Shown: piece by piece, positions 59,739 to 64,000 of the stretch
Layout of the letters: each line of letters starts with the position of its first letter
How positions within the stretch are numbered: position 1 is the stretch's first letter
NCBI GenBank assembly: GCA_965230295.1
Contig: OZ246001.1
Location: 2,560,001 to 2,624,000, forward strand
From: Marinicella sp.
GTDB lineage: Bacteria; Pseudomonadota; Gammaproteobacteria; Xanthomonadales; Marinicellaceae
Reading direction: 5' to 3'
DNA length: 64,000 bases
The notes under the pieces: generated by a model
Databases searched by the model: none
What the model saw: the letters and a program-made list of their open reading frames with translations, nothing else
Told to the model about the DNA's origin: nothing
Position numbers and translations under genes: made by a program

Positions 59739-61109
59739 TTACAGCCACCATGTGGCCATTGAAGCAATGATGATGGCGCCCATTAAATTCAATTTAAAAC
59801 CCTGTTTGATCATGCTTTTTATGGGCACTTGTTCTGAGCCAAAAACGATGGCGTTGGGGGCGGTAGCAACCGGCAGCATAAAAGCACAACTGGCACTGAT
59901 GGCTGCCGGCACCATGATCTTGATGGGATCGATACCCATGGCAGTAGCTGCTGACATAAGAACCGGCATCAAGATGGCCGTTGTGGCGGTGTTGCTGGTT
60001 ATCTCTGTTAAAAATGTGATGGACAAACAAATGGCCAAGATCAACACGAACACATGCAAATCTTTTAAAAACATCAATTGATCAGCCAACAAAGCACTGA
60101 GTCCTGTATTTTTGAAGGCGGCGGCAATGACCATGCCGCCAGAAAACAGCAACAACACCCCCCAAGGGATGCTGTTGGCAGTTTGCCAGTTCAACAGTTT
60201 GTTTTGTTTGCCGTCTGAAATCATGAATAACGCCACCACCCCCAACAAAGCCACCGAAGCGTCATTGGCAAAAGGTAAATCAAGCCATGTTTTCCAACCA
60301 CCAAAGGGCGCGGTGCGTGTCACCCACAACAAGGCAGTGATGGCAAATACCCATAACGTGCGTTTTTGTGCGGTGTTCAGGGATTTTTGCTCGATACCGG
60401 TATTTTCAATGTTCATATGGGAGCTGACTTGTTTGGTCATCAGCCACACCATCACTGGAAAAAATACCAACACCATGGGGAAGACTTGTTGCATCCATGG
60501 TAAAAATCCAAGTTCAGTGCCAGTACCAATTTGGTAATTCTGAATCATGATTAAATTGGGTGGCGTTCCAACCGGAGTCATGGTACCACCAATACTGGCT
60601 GCATAAGCGATGCCTAATAACAGCAAAGTGGCAAACTTTTTATCCGGATTGCTGCTTAATATGGCCAATGCTATGGGTAATAACATCAATGTGGTGGCGG
60701 TGTTTGATATCCACATGCTGAGTAAGAAAGCAGTCAACATAAATCCCACAATGATTCGCTTCGGGTTGTTGGTGCCAATGACATGCAAAACTTTATGAGC
60801 CAAATATCGATGGGTGTTGCTGTGGGCCATGGCTGTAGAAAGGAGGAAACCACCCAGTAGCAGAATAATCAAAGGGCTACCGTAAGCTTGACCTACTTCA
60901 TTGGGACTGATGATGCCTAACAGCGGAAACAGGGCCACAGGCAGCAATGAAGCCACAGGGATTGGTAGCCATTCTGTGACCCAAAATATGGCGGTGGTGC
61001 TGGTGATCAGTAAAGTGATGAATTGGCCATGGTCGATCAGATTTTGCCATTTAAGTACAATGATTAAGGAATAAACTACCAGGAATGTGCTGATTTTTTT
61101 GATGGTCAT
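59739..61109 (-). CDS. SLC13/DASS sodium-dependent anion symporter
   Basis: SMWISNTAT, GTPPN, TEITSNTAT, AFMLPVATAPNAI. Confidence 0.94.
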   Translation of the reverse strand: MTIKKISTFLVVYSLIIVLKWQNLIDHGQFITLLITSTTAIFWVTEWLPIPVASLLPVALFPLLGIISPNEVGQAYGSPLIILLLGGFLLSTAMAHSNTHRYLAHKVLHVIGTNNPKRIIVGFMLTAFLLSMWISNTATTLMLLPIALAILSSNPDKKFATLLLLGIAYAASIGGTMTPVGTPPNLIMIQNYQIGTGTELGFLPWMQQVFPMVLVFFPVMVWLMTKQVSSHMNIENTGIEQKSLNTAQKRTLWVFAITALLWVTRTAPFGGWKTWLDLPFANDASVALLGVVALFMISDGKQNKLLNWQTANSIPWGVLLLFSGGMVIAAAFKNTGLSALLADQLMFLKDLHVFVLILAICLSITFLTEITSNTATTAILMPVLMSAATAMGIDPIKIMVPAAISASCAFMLPVATAPNAIVFGSEQVPIKSMIKQGFKLNLMGAIIIASMATWWL

Positions 61110-61228
61110 AGAAGTCGATACTGTTGCGTATGTTTTGGAGCAAAAATTAATGTTTTTTTAATATTTAAGCTTGTAATTTTACCCGAATAAAATTTATGAT
61201 GTTAGGGTTTATAATTTTGGGGATACAA

Positions 61229-63337
61229 ATGAAACTAAAACCATTCCTTTTGACTTTAACATCTATTGTTTTGCTACAAGCATGTAGTAGCAGCAGTAAC
61301 TCACCCCGGGCAGTTGATGCTCCGCCAGCGACCAATCCTGGTGGTGGTGTGGTTACAGGTGTTATTGAAGCCATCTATAACCCGGCTTCAGGTGATCCAG
61401 CACAGGTACCCATTCCAACCAATTTATTCTTGCTGGGTACCACTGATCTGACCATGAACATCCCAGTGGCAGACCCCACTGATTTTTCTGATCCCTTGGT
61501 TGCCATCAATGCCTTAGACGGTTTCAGTACTGTGGCTCCATGGTCTACCAACTTTTCAGTACCCGTAGCTGCTGCTTCAGTTAACCCAGGCAGTGTCAAA
61601 GTTTACGAAGTGGCCTTGAGTGGTCCAGGTGGTGCTGTGATAGGTGTTAATGCTGAATTGACATTTGGTGTGGATTTCGTAGCGGTTGCTAATGGCAGCA
61701 GTATTGCCATCGTGCCGATTAAGCCATTGAAACAATTGACCTCATATATGGCCATCGTCACCAACGGCATTCAAGATGACAACGGCAACGCCGCCACTCC
61801 ATCACAAACTTATTTCTTATCTCAGCGCACATCCCCATTGGTGGACGGAACCGGCAACAGTACCGATCCGTTGATTGACAACGCCACCGCAGCGGCCTTA
61901 GAGCCACTGCGACAATTGACCAACTTCAGAGAAGCGGCTGCGGCTTCACAAGGTGTGGACCCCAGCACAATTGTGGTGTCTTGGACCATGACCACACAAT
62001 CCATCACTCCGGTCTTATCTGCAGTGAAAGACATCACTGGCCCTGGTGCTTCAACCTTGGCACCAACCGGGTTGTCTACAGCGGCGGTTGGCGGTTTTGG
62101 TTTAGCTGATATTTACATCGGTACCATGACTTCGCCTTACTACTTGACGGCTCCCAGTGCAACCAATCCATTGGCTCCATTGAATGAGTTTTGGCGAGCG
62201 GCTCCTGGTGCTTATGTAGGACCATTTGCAGGCTTGGGTTTAGACCCAACATCTACCAATCTGACATTGGCGAACCCCATTCCGGTAGCCACCAGTATGC
62301 AGAATTTACCTGTGTTGATGACCGTACCTAACGCGAGTTCCGGTATGACCAAACCAGCAGCTGGCTGGCCTATCATGATCTTCCAACATGGCATCACGCG
62401 TGACCGAACTGACATGCTGGCAGTGGCAGATACCATGGCGTCCATTGGGTTTGCAGTGGTGGCCATTGATTTAGCCATGCACGGCATCACAGATCCGACC
62501 AATCCCTTCTACATTGAAAATACACCGTTTGCACCGATTGCCAGTGAACGAACTTTTGATGTCGATTACGTTAACAACGTAACAGGTGCTCCTGGCCCTG
62601 ATGGCGTGATTGATTCATCGGCTGCTCATTTCATCAACCTGGCCAATTTATTGGTCTCCAGAGACAACACCAGACAAGGCATAGCTGATTTGTTTACCCT
62701 GACAGAATCAATTCCTTTGATGGACATTGATGGTGATGCTGCTGGTGACTTCAACGAAGCCAACATCACATTCGCTGGACAGTCATTGGGCGCAATCACA
62801 GGTACCGGTTACCTGGCATTTGCACCCAACGTACAAAGTGCTGTGTTGTCAGCCCCAGGTGGTGGTATCGCCAATCTGTTGATTGGTTCTCCAACTTTCG
62901 GTCCTCGCATCATTGCTGGTCTACAAGCAGCAGGTGTGGAACAAGGTACCACTACATTTAATTTATTCGTTTTGGCCACACAAACCACCGTTGATGCGGC
63001 TGACCCGATAAACCTGGGTGGATTTGCGGCCTTGCAAAACAATATTTTGTTGCATGAAATCTTAGGTGATCAAGTGGTTACCAATACGGTTCCAGGTGCG
63101 CCATTGTCGGGTACAGAACCTTTGATTGCAGCCATGGGTTTGACTTCTTATTCAGAGTCAGCCTTCAATCCTGAAGGTTTAGATGCTGCAGTCAGATTCA
63201 CCGCAGGTGATCACGGCAGCTTATTGAGTCCAGCTGCTTCTCCTGAAGCCACGGCTGAAATGCAAGGCCAGATGGCTGCATTCCAGGCCACAGGTGGTAC
63301 GACCTTGAATGTCACTAACACCGATGTGATTCAATAA
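61229..63337 (+). CDS. VolA/Pla-1 family lipoprotein lipase/phospholipase
   Basis: Lipobox LQAC, NALDGFST, IFQHGIT, AIDLAMHG, GQSLG nucleophile elbow, GDHGSLL. Confidence 0.88.
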   Translation: MKLKPFLLTLTSIVLLQACSSSSNSPRAVDAPPATNPGGGVVTGVIEAIYNPASGDPAQVPIPTNLFLLGTTDLTMNIPVADPTDFSDPLVAINALDGFSTVAPWSTNFSVPVAAASVNPGSVKVYEVALSGPGGAVIGVNAELTFGVDFVAVANGSSIAIVPIKPLKQLTSYMAIVTNGIQDDNGNAATPSQTYFLSQRTSPLVDGTGNSTDPLIDNATAAALEPLRQLTNFREAAAASQGVDPSTIVVSWTMTTQSITPVLSAVKDITGPGASTLAPTGLSTAAVGGFGLADIYIGTMTSPYYLTAPSATNPLAPLNEFWRAAPGAYVGPFAGLGLDPTSTNLTLANPIPVATSMQNLPVLMTVPNASSGMTKPAAGWPIMIFQHGITRDRTDMLAVADTMASIGFAVVAIDLAMHGITDPTNPFYIENTPFAPIASERTFDVDYVNNVTGAPGPDGVIDSSAAHFINLANLLVSRDNTRQGIADLFTLTESIPLMDIDGDAAGDFNEANITFAGQSLGAITGTGYLAFAPNVQSAVLSAPGGGIANLLIGSPTFGPRIIAGLQAAGVEQGTTTFNLFVLATQTTVDAADPINLGGFAALQNNILLHEILGDQVVTNTVPGAPLSGTEPLIAAMGLTSYSESAFNPEGLDAAVRFTAGDHGSLLSPAASPEATAEMQGQMAAFQATGGTTLNVTNTDVIQ

Positions 63338-63384
63338 GGGAGATGACAATGAAAAATACAAATAAAAAGCGTGGAGTACAACAG

Positions 63385-64000
63385 ATGGCTCAAAACAACA
63401 CCAGATTGAAATTAACACCTTTGAAAGCTGCCATGCTGGCAGTTGCCATGGGTGCAACAGGCTCGGCCACAGCGGCCGAACTGTGGAACAATGGTGATTA
63501 TTCATTGAATATTGATACCACCGTTTCATACGGTGCGGCTTGGCGGATTGCTGACCGTGATGACCGTTTGATCGGTAAATCCAACCTCAATCCTTTCGTT
63601 GGTGTGGATTTGGCAACCGGCCAGTCTTCATCTCTGGCGCAAAGAATTGCGGCACCTGGTCGATGGTCAATCAACTCTGACAATGGTAACTTGAACTATG
63701 ACCAAGGGGATTTGATTTCTAATGCCATTAAATTCACTTCAGACATTGCATTCAGTGGGCCTACATGGGGCGCCTTCTTCCGTGTTAACGGATTTTATGA
63801 CTTTGAAAATGCTGACAACGACGATTTATCAAGAACTGCCAAAGAATTTGTCGGTGAAGACTTCAGGTTGTTAGATGCCTATGTCTATAAAGATTTTGAT
63901 ATTGGTAACCAGATTGCTTCAGTTCGATTAGGACGACAAGTGGTTTCATGGGGTGAATCCACATTCATCCAGCAAGGCATCAACGTCATCAACCCCATCG
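63385..64000 (+). CDS. DUF1302 outer-membrane beta-barrel protein (runs off window end)
   Basis: Manual translation: signal peptide, DTTVSYG, NSDNGNLNY, LLDAYVY, RLGRQVVSWGESTFI. Confidence 0.88.
   Translation, partial: MAQNNTRLKLTPLKAAMLAVAMGATGSATAAELWNNGDYSLNIDTTVSYGAAWRIADRDDRLIGKSNLNPFVGVDLATGQSSSLAQRIAAPGRWSINSDNGNLNYDQGDLISNAIKFTSDIAFSGPTWGAFFRVNGFYDFENADNDDLSRTAKEFVGEDFRLLDAYVYKDFDIGNQIASVRLGRQVVSWGESTFIQQGINVINPI

Noticed and set aside
1-64000. Numerous 60-180 aa antisense or nested ORFs in the supplied track; tRNA and rRNA genes
   Set aside because: The short ORFs overlap well-supported genes and lack motifs; no tRNA cloverleaf or rRNA-like sequence was recognised in the intergenic gaps.

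Overview
Mostly core chromosome of a marine gammaproteobacterium. The gene order (dapD-arsC-dapE-dusA, metK-ahcY-metF, metX-metB-metL, gshB-tonB-yqgE-yqgF-pyrB, pil-chp, gspG-K, nadK-5'-nucleotidase, fimX, epmB/efp/epmA) resembles Xanthomonadales/Marinicella-like genomes; this taxonomic call is inference. No rRNA, tRNA, CRISPR array, integrase or transposase was recognised. There are two small accessory-looking spots. (1) 5.1-6.45 kb holds a 127-bp ERIC-like hairpin element, a CGTC-type REP cluster and an AT-rich orphan gene with proteasome beta-subunit (Ntn-hydrolase) hallmarks. (2) 13.0-13.9 kb holds an orphan lambda-CI-like repressor that appears non-cleavable, facing an immunity-region-like divergent promoter that seems to make a short terminated RNA instead of Cro. 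Also notable: a sulfotransferase-fold protein coupled to a class IV PLP enzyme with a displaced catalytic Lys, MetJ-type boxes on metXBL, an RBS-sequestering inverted repeat before metK, a pil-chp operon lacking pilH, and a 40x hexamer (EA)n repeat in chpA. All calls come from motif recognition by eye; no database searches were run.
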